64,000 nucleotides of DNA, taken from contig NC_068986.1 in NCBI RefSeq assembly GCF_001194135.2, forward strand, positions 9,308,710 to 9,372,709, given 5' to 3'. Source of the DNA: Octopus bimaculoides. Its lineage: Eukaryota. Below the pieces are notes generated by a model. The model was not told the DNA's origin. It worked only from the letters and a program-made list of their open reading frames with translations, and did no database searches. Each line of letters opens with the position of its first letter. Position 1 is the stretch's first letter. This document shows, in pieces, positions 1-12,272 of the stretch. The translations under genes were made by a program, and so were the position numbers.

Positions 1-536
1 TCTGTCTTTAGCCCTTTCAAACGAGTCCACCATACTACCTCTTTTGCTACAAATAAAAATTACCTGCCCTTCTTGGCCTAAAGAGGGTGGCGGGGCAATC
101 TTCACAATGGATTCTTTTATTGGCCACGAGGACTCAAGACATGGAGGACAATATCAAAGGATGAGTTACAACACAGAAAAAAAAAAAAAAGTACAAAAAT
201 NNNNNNNNNNCTGGCCATTCTTCCAACATTCACCCACCTTTCAACAAACTTGCTACAAGGCAACACTTCCCTCTTCACCCTCAACTTCCTTTTCTAGTAA
301 AACTTGAAAAAGTTGATGAGGCCAAAAAGGAAAGTGTCTGTCTTTAGCCCTTTCAAACGAGTCCACCATACTACCTCTTTTGCTACAAATAAAAATTACC
401 TGCCCTTCTTGGCCTAAAGAGGGTGGCGGGGCAATCTTCACAATGGATTCTTTTATTGGCCACGAGGACTCAAGACATGGAGGACAATATCAAAGGATGA
501 GTTACAACACAGAAAAAAAAAAAAAAGTACAAAAAT
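1..536. repeat. Near-identical direct duplication (1-200 = 337-536) straddling a 10-N gap; probable unmerged contig overlap
   Basis: Bases 1-200 are repeated at 337-536, and the copies flank nnnnnnnnnn at 201-210. The ORF track shows the same peptide at 44 and 380. Confidence 0.8.
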
Positions 537-862
537 CATATGGGGTTAATATCAATCAAGAGGAGATACTACCACATTAAAGGATATAACAGAGAATATG
601 TAATAGAAAGTAGAGAAATAAATAGAATCTCCAAACAGCGGGGCAGTCCACTTAGGGTAATCTGGGGTAAACCCCACACAAAAATCCCAGATTACTCTAC
701 CATCTCCAAGGCATGGGAAAGTGCCCTCTTCCATTTTCTTTCCTCCTGCTTAGAAAAGCATATTCAAAGTAGATCCATTCAGTCTCACCACTGTTGACCA
801 CCTTTTGATAAACACACTGGAGGGCAGTACATCCTTCTCTACCCTCACCTTCTTCTTCAAAT
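211..862 (-). mobile_element. Degenerate L1/Tx1-like LINE ORF2 C-terminal fragments (two pieces)
   Basis: Hand translation of the minus strand gives HLKKKVRVEKDVLPSSVFIKRWSTVVRLNGSTLNMLF* (about 862-750). It also gives AKEVVWWTRLKGLKTDTFLFGLINFFKFY*KRKLRVKREVLPCSKF (about 390-240). The two pieces resemble each other and Tx1-type ORF2 ends. The clade call is from recall, not a search. Confidence 0.45.
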
Positions 863-1189
863 GATAGGGCATCCAGCCACAGAAACCATGTCCAAGCAGA
901 CGATGATGTAGTACAGGGCAGTGGCTCTCATGGCTTCTGATTTTAAATGATTGGAAGTGTTATCATGTACATTATTTTGTCTTGCTATAAAAGATGGGAG
1001 ACAGCAAATATTCTGCTTAATACCACAGATTTGCTTGTCAGTTGTTTTACCTTAACCAGTTGAGCATGTCCCTTAATGGCTGACAATATGTGCATCTCTA
1101 ATCACCAGCAGAAGGAGTTGGGGAGCATCAGGAATTCTTTGGGGTTTGAATAATTCCATATGGAAACATGGGTGTTTTGTTCATCATCC

Positions 1190-1738
1190 TTAACCCTTTG
1201 TAACCCAGCGAGGTCTCTTGGGACCCCAGCAAATTAAAAAAGTTATGCAACTTTTACATTTTGTATTTAAATAATTTTATATCTCTATTATTGTCAAATA
1301 GTTTATGTATGCCCATACAAATTTTGAGTTAAAAATTTCCAGTCAAATGGATGTTATAGCACAAAATATGGTCATTAGGGTCCAACTGGACCCCCATTGG
1401 CCTTCTGTGAAATTATTTTTTTTTTTCAGATATTCTGATGAACTTTAAATCAATGTTCTTCTTCGTATTTGTTCTGGTATGAATCGATGTATTTTCATTT
1501 CTTTTGTTTTATTTTATATTTAGTGCTATACGTATCTGATCATTCATAAAACTATAAAAACAGTTTATTTATTTCAATAAAGGTTTTTTTTTCAGTCAAT
1601 AAATGATATTTTAATTCCCTTCCATTAAACGCTAATAATTTATAGACAGTGTGGAAATGTGCAAAAATAAAAGGGGGTCTCTTGGGACCCCAATAGCCTT
1701 TTGTGTAATTCCAACCCCATCGGTCCACGAAAGGTTAA
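1190..1738. mobile_element. Non-autonomous piggyBac-like element (TTAA TSD) nested in an older repeat
   Basis: TTAA at 1190-1193 and 1735-1738, with termini CCCTTT... and ...GAAAGG. The quasi-palindromic motif GGTCTCTTGGGACCCC occurs at 1212-1227 and 1676-1691, with a variant at 1378-1394. Confidence 0.7.
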
Positions 1739-2649
1739 AAAATCCTCATTCAGGGACCTATTGAGCAGGATGGGCTACTCAACCAGAAGAAAATTCTAAC
1801 TGGACCCCACCTGCAAGGTCATGCACTGTTTATCTTGATATGAGACAACTATGTCAAGCATATATGGCTGTGATGCATGCACCTGGTGTAACCTTATCAG
1901 CTAGGTAGTCTTGATGGCTATATTGGGCTTCGTATATTTGTACCCATGTCACTTTGATGGCATGAACTGCTTTCTCACTCAATAATAATAATAATGATAA
2001 TAGTTTCAAATTCTGGCACAAGGGGAAGGAGGTGGTCAGTTACATAGACACCAGTGACCTGCTGGTACTTAATTTATTAGCACCAAAAGGGATGAAAGGT
2101 AAAGTCAACTTTGATGGAATTTGAATTCAGAGGACGAAACAGCAGTAAGCATTTTGACCATGTGTTAAGGATTCTGTCGGAACTAATCAACACCCACTCA
2201 AAATTGCTTTTATGACTTAACCAAGGGGAAGAAGAGGGGGAGTCAGAGGAAGGACAAAAAGAGAGAGAGAGAGAGAGAGAGAGTGTGTGAGGTGGAGGTA
2301 GTTTTAAGGGGAGGATAGTGAGAGAAGCAAAAGTTGATCAACAGACAAGCAGTGGTAGAGGGATGGTAATGATATAAGACATAGTCGGTGGGGTGGTTGT
2401 GGTGTGAAAGAATAAGTAGCTGTTTACACAGACACTCCTCTTGTCCTTGACACACACACGTTATCTTCAACATCTCTCTTACACATACAAACACAGGCTT
2501 GGTTATCTGACAATCACCTGATGATTAGACCAATTTTTGATGCATGTAAGCATGCAAAAGAGCTCTAAACGATGATGATGATGATGGTATTCTCATTCAC
2601 TTTTCTGTCCCTGTATGGAACAGAGGAAGTTTGTTGAGGGACACTCTTT

Positions 2650-3660
2650 TTTTTATGGTTGGATGATCTTGTTGCCAACCCTCACCAGTTATCAAGCAAG
2701 GAAATCTTTTTCCTTGGTCCTTTCAACAGAAACAGCAGAACTACTGGACATGTTTTACATGGAAAATTGTGAACAGGAGTGGTTGTGTGGTAAGAAGTTT
2801 TCTTCCCACCCAGAGTTCAATCCTACTGTGTGGTACCTTGAACAAGTGTCTTCTACTATAGCCTTGGGACAACCAAAACCTTGTGAATGAATTTGGTAGA
2901 TGGAAACTGAAAGAAGCCCGTTGTACATATCCAAGTGTGTGTCTTTGTGTTTGTCCCTCACTTGACAACTGGTGTTTGTTTATTTATGTCCCCATAATTT
3001 AGCAGTTCAGCAAAAGGGACTAAGAGAATAAGTACCAGACTTGAAAAGTACTGGGGTCAATTCAGTTGACTAAAAGTTCTTCAAGGCGGTGCCCCAGCAT
3101 GGTCGCAATCTAATGACTGAAACAAATAAAAACATAGGAGTGGCTACCGACCACATGGTTCCAGGTTCAGTCCTACTGCGTGGTACCTTGGGCAAATGTC
3201 TTCTACTATAACCTTGGGCCGACCAAAACCTTGAGTGGATTTGGTAGATGGAAACTGAAAGAAGCCTGTCGTATATATATATGTGTATGTTTGTATGTGT
3301 GTGTGTATACGTTTGTCTGTCTGTCCCCCCAACATCGCTTGATAACCGATACTGGTGTGTTTATGGCCCTGTAACTTAGCAGTTCGGCAAAAGAAACTGA
3401 CAGGAAGATTAGGCTTACACAGGATAAGTCCTGGGGTTGATTTGCTCGACTAAAGGTGGTGCTCCAGCATGGTCACAGTCAAATGACTGAAACAAGTAAA
3501 AGAATAAGTGTCTTTGTCATCCCCCACCCCACATGACAGCAGTGTTGGTTTATTCACATTCCCATAATTTAGCAATTCAGCAAGAGAGATTAATAGAATA
3601 AGCACCAGGCTTAAAGAAAAAGTGCTGGGGTTAATTTGTTGAAGTAAAACCTTTCACGAT
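2650..3660 (+). mobile_element. Cluster of tRNA-related SINE copies (two composite head+tail units and a partial third tail)
   Basis: Repeated blocks 'gttcagtcctactgcgtggtaccttgggcaaatgtcttctactata...ggaaactgaaagaagcc' and 'ccataatttagcagttcagcaaaag...gactgaaacaa' recur many times elsewhere in the window (e.g. 27.6, 29.2, 36.3, 45.1, 53.6, 54.7, 56.0 kb). Confidence 0.75.
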
Positions 3661-3762
3661 CGTACATTGTTGACAATTAATGCACGTCAAGAAGACACAG
3701 AAATACACATACATACATACAAGAATGCATGCATATATACACATGCGTATGTGATGGCTAGT

Positions 3763-4131
3763 GGAGGCGCAATGGCCCAGTAGTTAGGGCAGCGGACTCG
3801 CGGTTTCGATTCCCAGACCGGGAGGCATTGTGAGTGTTTATTGAGCGAAAACACCTAAAGCTCCACGAGGCTCCGGCAGGGGATGGTGGAGAACCCTGCT
3901 GTACTCTTCCACCACAATTTTCTCTCACTCTTACTTCCTGTTTCTGTTGTGCTTGTAATTCAAAGGGTCAGCCTTGTCACACTGTGTCACGCTGAATATA
4001 CCCGAGAACTACATTAAGGGTACACGTGTCTGTGGAGTGCTCAGCCACTTGCACGTTAATTTCATGAGCAGGCTGTTCCGTTGATCGGATCAACTGGAAC
4101 CCTCGATGTCGTAAGTGACGGAGTGTCAACA
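3763..4131 (+). mobile_element. tRNA-derived SINE with conserved central domain, full length
   Basis: Pol III A-box-like 'tggcccagtagttag' and B-box-like 'gtttcgattccc'. The body is near-identical to 13631-13946, with a decayed inverted copy at about 28190-28400. Confidence 0.8.
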
Positions 4132-5102
4132 CAAATGTGATGGCTGCAACTTAACTTTTGATTGTTCTCTTAAATACGAACAACATGGATGGAGCTTTTC
4201 AGTCCTGCTAGCTTCTTAACTTTTTCTCACAGATGTGACAACAATGGGTGTCGCTTGTTGTAGCTGTTACAATCCTGTATCAGTGAACCTTCACCTAATA
4301 ATTCAGTCTGCCTCCTGATACACATTCTTTTCCATACACCCTGCAAGTAGATATGCTGTATAATCTTTTCTACTCTAAGCACAAGGCCTGAAATTTTGGG
4401 GGAGGGGGGGCAGTCGATTAGATCGACCCTAGTATGCAACTGGTATTTAATTTATAGATATGCTGTATAATGCATAGTTAACATCATCCCTGTGTGTGTG
4501 TAGCTCTTCTGGTGATTTCTAAGCTTTGCCTTACTTAGTCAGACACACTCACCCTCATTGCATTTTGAATTGGGCAACATACTCGTTACCCCACCTTACA
4601 AACATCTCTTTTGGGCTGTTCATGTATACATATAAGATGCAGGCATGGGTCGGATGGTATGACCGGGCTGGCACACTGCACCAGACTCGTCTGATTTGGC
4701 ATGGTTTTCTACAGCTGGATGCCCTTCCTAATGCCAACCACTCCAAGGGTGCAATGGGTGCTTTTACGTGCCACCAGCATGGGTGCCATTTGCATGACAC
4801 CAGTATCTGCCATGTGATTGATACACATTTATATAAAACATAGGATACCTGAAACATGTTTAATTATGATAACTAGTTATGTAAAAGCCTTAGCTGTGGA
4901 GATTACAGATGATGTGAAAACATGTTTGTTCTTTTAATGGAAAATAGGGAATTTTACAGAAATGTTTTGGGATAATTGTCCCTCTTCAAGAGATGTACCA
5001 CTGTTCTTTGGCCACAAAGGGAACTATGAATCTAAATTGCTATATATAGCTGTAGATGTGAAGATGTAACATTAACAGTCATTGTGATATGCATATTATA
5101 CA

Positions 5103-5310
5103 TTAACCCTTTTGATACCAACCCGCCTGAAATTGCCCCTGTAGTACAAATATCTTGTTTTCAAAAGTTCCAAATTAAAATTTTCCTTCAAACCTTAGTC
5201 ACAATTTATGTTCCTAACATTAGCTTAATTATAACTAAGTTATTTTACTAAATTCTTTGTTATATTTTAAATTAATTGAAAGAAACACAGTTTGGTAACA
5301 AAACGGTTAA
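5103..5310. mobile_element. TTAA-flanked MITE, family A (piggyBac-like)
   Basis: TTAACCCTTTTGATACCAA...TTGGTAACAAAACGGTTAA. The internal sequence is shared with the copies at 18328, 18582 and 29689. Confidence 0.75.
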
Positions 5311-5913
5311 TCAGCCATGTGGTGATTAGCTAACATCTTACTTCCAAATTGGTTTGCTAATTAGTTATCTCTTCCCATGTCCTCTGTTGCTATGAACTAG
5401 CCCGTTTATTATGCCCTGCAACCAAACCCACCTCCAAAATACTGCTCTAAACATTTTATGATGATGATGATGATGATGTTCCTTCTCAAATTAATTCCTA
5501 GCTAATCTATACTCTCCTGTTTCTCCTATTAATCCTCAAATGTTCACAATGAACACCATCTCATTAATCTGGGAAGATCTGCAGACATCAGGGATTTGCA
5601 AGCTTCTCTCTCTGGCTGTTGATAAAAGCAAGACATGGCACAAAACACTGAGTCAATGTTGCTAGAAAATAAAACATACGTTTGGTGGTTTACTCATCAT
5701 AAATCAGATTCGAGATGAAAACATGAGATTCACACCATGATGTGCTCATCATCCTAATGGTCTTTTATTATTTGACTGCTTTCAATCACTGAAATATGGC
5801 CATGACAGGAGTATTGTTGTCAAGGGCTTTTAGTCAATCACTTCAATCCAAGGATTCATTTGCTTTTGGTTTCCTGAAAGGTTTATTGTTCATGACAACA
5901 GAACACCATACCA

Positions 5914-5950
<37 letters not shown>

Positions 5951-6139
5951 AAAAAACAAATAGTAAATGAGTATATGCATATATACGTACATACCGACAT
6001 CCACCTATATGTATAGGTGCATATCTGGGTACAGGACATTGCAAACATAACATAGACGAGAAAACACACAAGCCACATAGAGAACATTCTTCTTCATCAG
6101 CTACCCCCGTTTTAACACCGGCGTTTCGAAGAGCTGGGC

Positions 6140-6171
<32 letters not shown>

Positions 6172-6313
6172 TGGCTCATGCAGTTTCATTTTTAAGACAT
6201 CATTGATCAGCCCATGGCTAGAACAGAAGATACTTGTCAAGGAGCTGTGTAACAGAATTGAACCTCGAACTCTGTGGTTGCTAGCGAACTTCTTAACCAC
6301 CTCACAGCCATAT

Positions 6314-6522
6314 TTATTTCTTTGTCACAGGGGGCTAAACAAGGACAGACAAAGGGATTAAGTCGATTACATCGACCCCAGTGCGTAACTGGTACTTATT
6401 TAATCGACCCTGAAAGGATGAAAGGCAAAGTCGACCTTGGTGGAATTTGAACTCGGAATATAACGGCAGACGAAATACTGCTAAGCATTTCACTCGGCGT
6501 GCTAACGATTCTGCCAGCTCAC
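6314..6522 (-). mobile_element. tRNA-derived SINE (probably CORE-type), CpG-intact copy
   Basis: Reverse complement of 'gtgagctggcagaatcgttagcacgcc...ctgagttcaaattcc...gtcgactttgcctttcatcc...taagtaccag'. Further copies lie at about 18913, 24245, 27325, 36833, 50290, 50573 and 60945. Confidence 0.75.
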
Positions 6523-7341
6523 AACCATATTGTTGCACCCATTTCTTTTGTTTCCTATTTCCTGTGATTTGCATCTAAATCGAGAAAGAGTGTATTAGTC
6601 CAAGTGAAAAATGATTAAATTGCAGCCACATTTATATCAATATTCGGAAAAGTAGAGTTAAAGGGGCAAATGTTGATAAGTAGACAGATACATAGCATGT
6701 ATGCATCTACTTGAACCTTCAGTCAACTTTATAGTCAGTCGTGATAGAATGTAAAATAATTTTTCTATGAATTAATTTTATTTTTTGAGACAGAGGAAGC
6801 AATATTTTGCGCACGAATAATAACAGTATTATTCAACATTGCACCAGTTAATTAAACATCAACGTAAACAGAGAGTTTATGTTAGAATTAAGTTTACGAA
6901 ATGTTATTGCGTTTACAAGCACCACAGAATTCGGTAAGAGAAAGTGTTGTAGGCAGGACCGTCTTGACAGCGTAGATAGATCAGAATTAGGCCCCTGGAC
7001 AAACTGCTGTGTCCACGACTTTAGATGAGCTGGCTGTAAGCACACTGGAAGAGTCAAAGAGACACTGGAAAAAGTAATAACACAGTACCTGGTTGTAATG
7101 GTGCCTTTAAAACTTGGTCTCACAGTAGAACTGTTTTACATGCAAATGATTTAACAGTGATTGCCAAGAAGCGAGCACCAGGCGTCTAAGACTGACAATA
7201 ATCGATATACTGTAACAAATCATATAACTACGTGGCCAATGAGTGTAACAGGAAGATGATAAAGTTTTCCTGGAAAGTGAAATCTTTTAAGAAACTAGTA
7301 AATTCGGTTCTGTAATCAGCATGAGCACAAGGAATACAGTG

Positions 7342-7696
7342 CTAATGTAGATTCGCACCTCACTTTTTCTGAAAAAGTTTACATGTCGGAGATTACAAAT
7401 ATGCAAAAAAAAAAAAAAAAAAATCACGCGTCCAATGTATTGTTATTTATCAAAGTGTGGAAATTTCATTAAAGCAGGGTAGTATGTAGCGTGGGAAAAT
7501 ACGAGGATTTTAACAATACAGAAACAAATTTCCACAGTCTAGCCCAATGAACATAGAAAGTGTACTTTACATACCTGCTTTAATAAAAATTTCCACACTT
7601 CAATATAGAATACATTTAAAAATGGTGGAGGAGGGGGTTTAAAATTTTGAAAAGTCTTTTCTGAAAAATGCAAGGTGAGGTGCGAATCTGCATTAG
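7342..7696. repeat. Degenerate fold-back (inverted repeat) element
   Basis: CTAATGTAGATTCGCACCTCAC (7342-7363) pairs with GTGAGGTGCGAATCTGCATTAG (7675-7696). An inner arm AAGTGTGGAAATTTCATTAAAGCAGG (about 7453) pairs with CCTGCTTTAATAAAAATTTCCACACTT (about 7575-7601). Confidence 0.75.
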
Positions 7697-7857
7697 TCCC
7701 AGGAATAAGATTGCAGCGTCGTATTTTGCAAGGTAGAGTCTCACGCATTTATAGGCAAAACATACATTGGGGGGAAAAACTGCACGTGAAAATAGTGCCC
7801 GAGTTTAATGAACAATAAAACTGCGTTAGGAAATACAACAGGAACACAATGAGGTGT

Positions 7858-8130
7858 TCACGTGACTTCTTTGTTTACATAGCAACGTGATAAGACATCA
7901 TGGTGCGCATGAAGAATTTCGTGGCCCTCAATTATGTAATCGTACACATACAAAATATCGAGAATAGACGCGGAGAAAAATGCAATGTGATCATAGTTAG
8001 CAATGAATAATCTTAAACCGTACCTCATAATTCTAAAAACAACTAAATCATGATCTAGAATAAGTGTCGAGTTTATATGTATATTTTTTATTTCTACTGC
8101 AATGGATATAAAAAGTTCTGCAAGTTTCAT
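7858..8130 (-). CDS. Candidate 90-aa ORF of unknown function, divergent from the putative promoter
   Basis: This lies in the longest open frame in unique sequence. ATG at 8130 gives MKLAELFISIAV...YVNKEVT*. A pyrimidine-tract acceptor 'gttttccttttctgtag' ends at 8165, and a possible donor AG|GTAAAT lies at 8478. No recognisable domain. Confidence 0.2.
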   Translation of the reverse strand: MKLAELFISIAVEIKNIHINSTLILDHDLVVFRIMRYGLRLFIANYDHIAFFSASILDILYVYDYIIEGHEILHAHHDVLSRCYVNKEVT

Positions 8131-8649
8131 CTTCGGTTCCAGAGGCAATAGAATACCATTATCGCTACAGAAAAGGAAAACAGACACGCAACTGCCCTTC
8201 TTCCGACAGAACGTATCTCCGTGTGAATTCCTTTGCTACAATTTCCAAAGATGCCTAAATAAAACGTCAGTGTACATTTTCATTGTATTTTTTTTTTACC
8301 ATTATCCAGTCTTATATTCTTGTGTTTATTAGGTATTTCATCAATACAACTGAAAATTCCAGATTATCTAAAAGTTAAAACGTCATAAAGTAAATCAAAA
8401 CAACGACACTGAATAAAAATTGATTATTATTATTCATATTTTCAGAAATACAACCAGATACCAATTTAAAGCATTTACCTTTTTTTTTAACATTAGAAAC
8501 AAATGGTATATTAATCGAGTAAATATGCTCCATTATAGTCAAAGCCACACAAGATTAGATTCAGTTTCAAAATAAGAGCGATGTCTAACAAGAGAGATTT
8601 CGAAATTAACCGGTCCGGCTGAAAATGTGGCAATAATTGCAGAGGTGAA

Positions 8650-9086
8650 ATGTGAGTGCGCATGTGCTACTGTTTAAGTAGCGAGCACTGACTATATAAG
8701 GAAGCCTGTACATGAAATAACCATAGTATTGGTATTGACTATCTAATTCGAAATAAAATGTTTAATTGATATATTAATTATCATATTTCTCGGATTAATC
8801 ATCCTGTTTCTTACATCTATTTTGAATTGATAACGATCAATGTAAATTTTTCGGGATTCCAATGTTTTAAAGTGTATAATATTATACTTCGAGGCACTCG
8901 TAAAAATAACTAATAACAGGTATATTTTGTGAACCGTAAGCTTTTGTTACTTACTTGGTTAATGGCGCCCAGGTGTGGCTGACGCGTATTTTAGATCCCA
9001 CCCATAACAAGGAACTTAATTGTACCAAGTGATACTCTTAACCGTTTCCAGTTTGAAATTGTGAAAAACTCTGGTCAAATGTAAGT
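8650..9086 (+). promoter_or_regulatory. Candidate core promoter and first non-coding exon end
   Basis: NRF1-like TGCGCATGTG at 8657-8666, TATATAAG at 8693-8700 and YY1-like AATGGCG at 8961-8967. Splice donors ACC|GTAAGC at 8936 and AAT|GTAAGT at 9081. Confidence 0.35.
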
Positions 9087-11280
9087 TATATTCACTTCAT
9101 TAATCATTGCTATCTATTCAGCGCATGTTTGGTGTCTTCTCTCCTATTATAACATCCTAATTCGCACTTCTTCCTTGGGCCTCAATAATTTACCTTATCA
9201 CTCAAAAAATTAATTTTCTGACGCAATATATCCTATATTAGTTGATTTTCATTTATTGTTCATGTTTGTTATAGTTGTTACAGTTTGGTATTCATAAACG
9301 GTAGCGGCAATACTCCGTAATTAATAATTATAAATACTCGCTAAAAGTAATGATTGAATTTTTTTTAAAATTTTCATTTTTAGCATTTCAAATTCTTTGA
9401 CGGTCGATATTGGATCTTTTTATTACTTGACAGAACTTATTAACCACTAACAAGCGATAATTCCTGTTATTAGCTCTAAAACATGTTCGGTTGCGACTAA
9501 GAAGCCGACAACCACTTGCCTCGCTGTTAATTCAAGATGCCTTCGACTCCTTTTTTCTTACATTAAAAACATCGGCAAGAAAGAACCCCAGAAGTTTCCC
9601 GTCTTTTCAACAATTACTTTTTGATATTATCATTAAATCCTATCTTTGATGACTTCGGTAACCGAATGATGTTTTAGTAGAAATGTTAAGTGCATGTTGG
9701 TTTTGAAAACATTGCCATAGCAGGAAATAGCGGAATATTTGAAGAACACGGCTCACCTGATGGAACTAAATTGGATCCAGTGTCTGAGTTGAATCTAAAA
9801 GATTCATATTTAATGTCTTAATCTCTATAGATCTGTAAAATCAATAGAAATTATATGACGTTTATTGTAAAATTATGTGAAATCTTAATTAGGCCTGTAT
9901 ATCTCTCACAGTTTTGAAAGTTCTTTTATTTTTAATTAATTTTTTCAAAGAGTAAAACCAAATTATGGACTTTTATTTATCACCACTTTTGTTTATTAAA
10001 CCAGAATTTATAAAATTTATTGTAAACATTAATTATACAAATTATAATTCTTTACTGTTTTTACAGAACGTTAAATTCATTTACTTAATCAGGAATTATA
10101 TCTAAAATTGTTTTCCTTGCCATATTTAAAATTAAAACTAGATTAGGGACCAGAAAACCTTGATAAAGGGTTACTGATTCGTGGATAATATTTGGAGGGC
10201 TTCGTATTCTGCTTTAGGAAACAAACAATAGAAAATAGTTATTGATCGTTAGTGTGACAGATGAATATATTTTGTAATTGTACCAAGTACATGACTTACG
10301 ATATATCATTAACAATCACTTCTGCTCGTTTGACCGGATCATGAGGTTCTTTATTGTTTGGTTAAAGTTGGCGGTTAACTTACCTCCTTTCTCTGGCTAG
10401 AATTATCAGATATATCAAAAAACAAACAGTAATTCGTAAATTTCTCCTAATAACGATTTCAGCAACAAACCTTTTATAAAAAAGATTCTTTTTTTCTTTT
10501 TGTTGTTGTTGCTGTTAATTAATTGTCCAATTTCATTTAGATTCATTCCAGTTTAGAAACGAACACTTTGATTTCTGTTTTGTTACCTAGCAACTATATC
10601 CACATGTTTATTGATTTCTTCACCTTAGAATTATAAGCGAAAACTGATATATTTGATTAACTAGTTTCAGGTTTGCCTTTCAACGCACAGACTACAAATA
10701 AGCTTATACTGATGACGACAATTAATGATTGTACAAATTTTATATTTTCCTATTAATTGAAAAGTAAGAGATTTGGAATCTAAAGCACTATTTAAAAATG
10801 ATTTTTAATTTGTGATTCTAAATATTCCAATCGCCAGTAACATCGAGTCAACGATGGAAACTCCGCATCTTGCTAGAAATAACAGCCAATTCACACTGCC
10901 ATATTAAAAGGAAAAAAAAAATAGGACACATCGGTTAAGGTAGTGTATGTCTGAAAGTAAAACTGGATGGTCATGTCTGGAACTTCCATAGCCATTTATT
11001 TATTTGATTAGGGCTGACTAAGGGGCTAAATAATTACTAACAAGATGAACAATTTGGTTTTAAGAAAAAACAGCCCCCCCCAATTTATTATTTAAAATGT
11101 CATATGTATATGTGTACAATGTAAGACAAATTTCGTATGACTAAGGCACACTGTGTGTGTGTTTGTACGATGACGGCGAGCAAACCGAAACTTCGAAGTC
11201 ACTGACAACCTTTTCCTTGTACTATATATTGAGTAATCCATCAGTTTAATGTGCCCCATATATATATATATATATATATA

Positions 11281-12272
11281 NNNNNNNNNNNNNNNNNNNN
11301 NNNNNNNNNNNNNNNNNNNNNNNNNNNNNNNNNNNNNNNNNNNNNNNNNNNNNNNNNNNNNNNNNNNNNNNNNNNNNNNNNNNNNNNNNNNNNNNNNNNN
11401 NNNNNNNNNNNNNNNNNNNNNNNNNNNNNNNNNNNNNNNNNNNNNNNNNNNNNNNNNNNNNNNNNNNNNNNNNNNNNNNNNNNNNNNNNNNNNNNNNNNN
11501 NNNNNNNNNNNNNNNNNNNNNNNNNNNNNNNNNNNNNNNNNNNNNNNNNNNNNNNNNNNNNNNNNNNNNNNNNNNNNNNNNNNNNNNNNNNNNNNNNNNN
11601 NNNNNNNNNNNNNNNNNNNNNNNNNNNNNNNNNNNNNNNNNNNNNNNNNNNNNNNNNNNNNNNNNNNNNNNNNNNNNNNNNNNNNNNNNNNNNNNNNNNN
11701 NNNNNNNNNNNNNNNNNNNNNNNNNNNNNNNNNNNNNNNNNNNNNNNNNNNNNNNNNNNNNNNNNNNNNNNNNNNNNNNNNNNNNNNNNNNNNNNNNNNN
11801 NNNNNNNNNNNNNNNNNNNNNNNNNNNNNNNNNNNNNNNNNNNNNNNNNNNNNNNNNNNNNNNNNNNNNNNNNNNNNNNNNNNNNNNNNNNNNNNNNNNN
11901 NNNNNNNNNNNNNNNNNNNNNNNNNNNNNNNNNNNNNNNNNNNNNNNNNNNNNNNNNNNNNNNNNNNNNNNNNNNNNNNNNNNNNNNNNNNNNNNNNNNN
12001 NNNNNNNNNNNNNNNNNNNNNNNNNNNNNNNNNNNNNNNNNNNNNNNNNNNNNNNNNNNNNNNNNNNNNNNNNNNNNNNNNNNNNNNNNNNNNNNNNNNN
12101 NNNNNNNNNNNNNNNNNNNNNNNNNNNNNNNNNNNNNNNNNNNNNNNNNNNNNNNNNNNNNNNNNNNNNNNNNNNNNNNNNNNNNNNNNNNNNNNNNNNN
12201 NNNNNNNNNNNNNNNNNNNNNNNNNNNNNNNNNNNNNNNNNNNNNNNNNNNNNNNNNNNNNNNNNNNNNNNN
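11281..12272. other. Assembly gap (largest of several)
   Basis: Run of N next to a (TA)n microsatellite. ORFs spanning it are artefacts. Confidence 0.99.

Larger units (their letters stand above)
6600..11000. promoter_or_regulatory. CpG-retaining, SINE-poor region; probable unmethylated promoter zone
   Basis: By eye, CpG dinucleotides are frequent despite the high AT content, and the SINE families that saturate the rest of the window are absent for about 4 kb. Not quantified. Confidence 0.5.

Noticed and set aside
1-580. Duplicated 'MLQIKITCPSW...' ORFs
   Set aside because: They are antisense to LINE remnants, and the duplication spans a 10-N gap, so it is most likely an assembly overlap.
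6085-6140. Minus-strand TCTTC-GAAAC...CTGATGA-A-GAAGA as a type II hammerhead
   Set aside because: Stem II could pair, but there is no NUH triplet followed by a pairable stem I.
8962-8980. TGGCGCCCA as a tRNA-Lys primer-binding site of an LTR element
   Set aside because: Only 9 nt match, and there are no LTRs or gag/pol remnants. It is better explained as a promoter motif or chance.
9690-9822. Protein-like frame GFENIAIAGNSGIFEEHGSPDGTKLDPVSELNLKDSYLMS
   Set aside because: It is only about 44 codons, has no start codon or clean splice sites, and has no recognisable homology.
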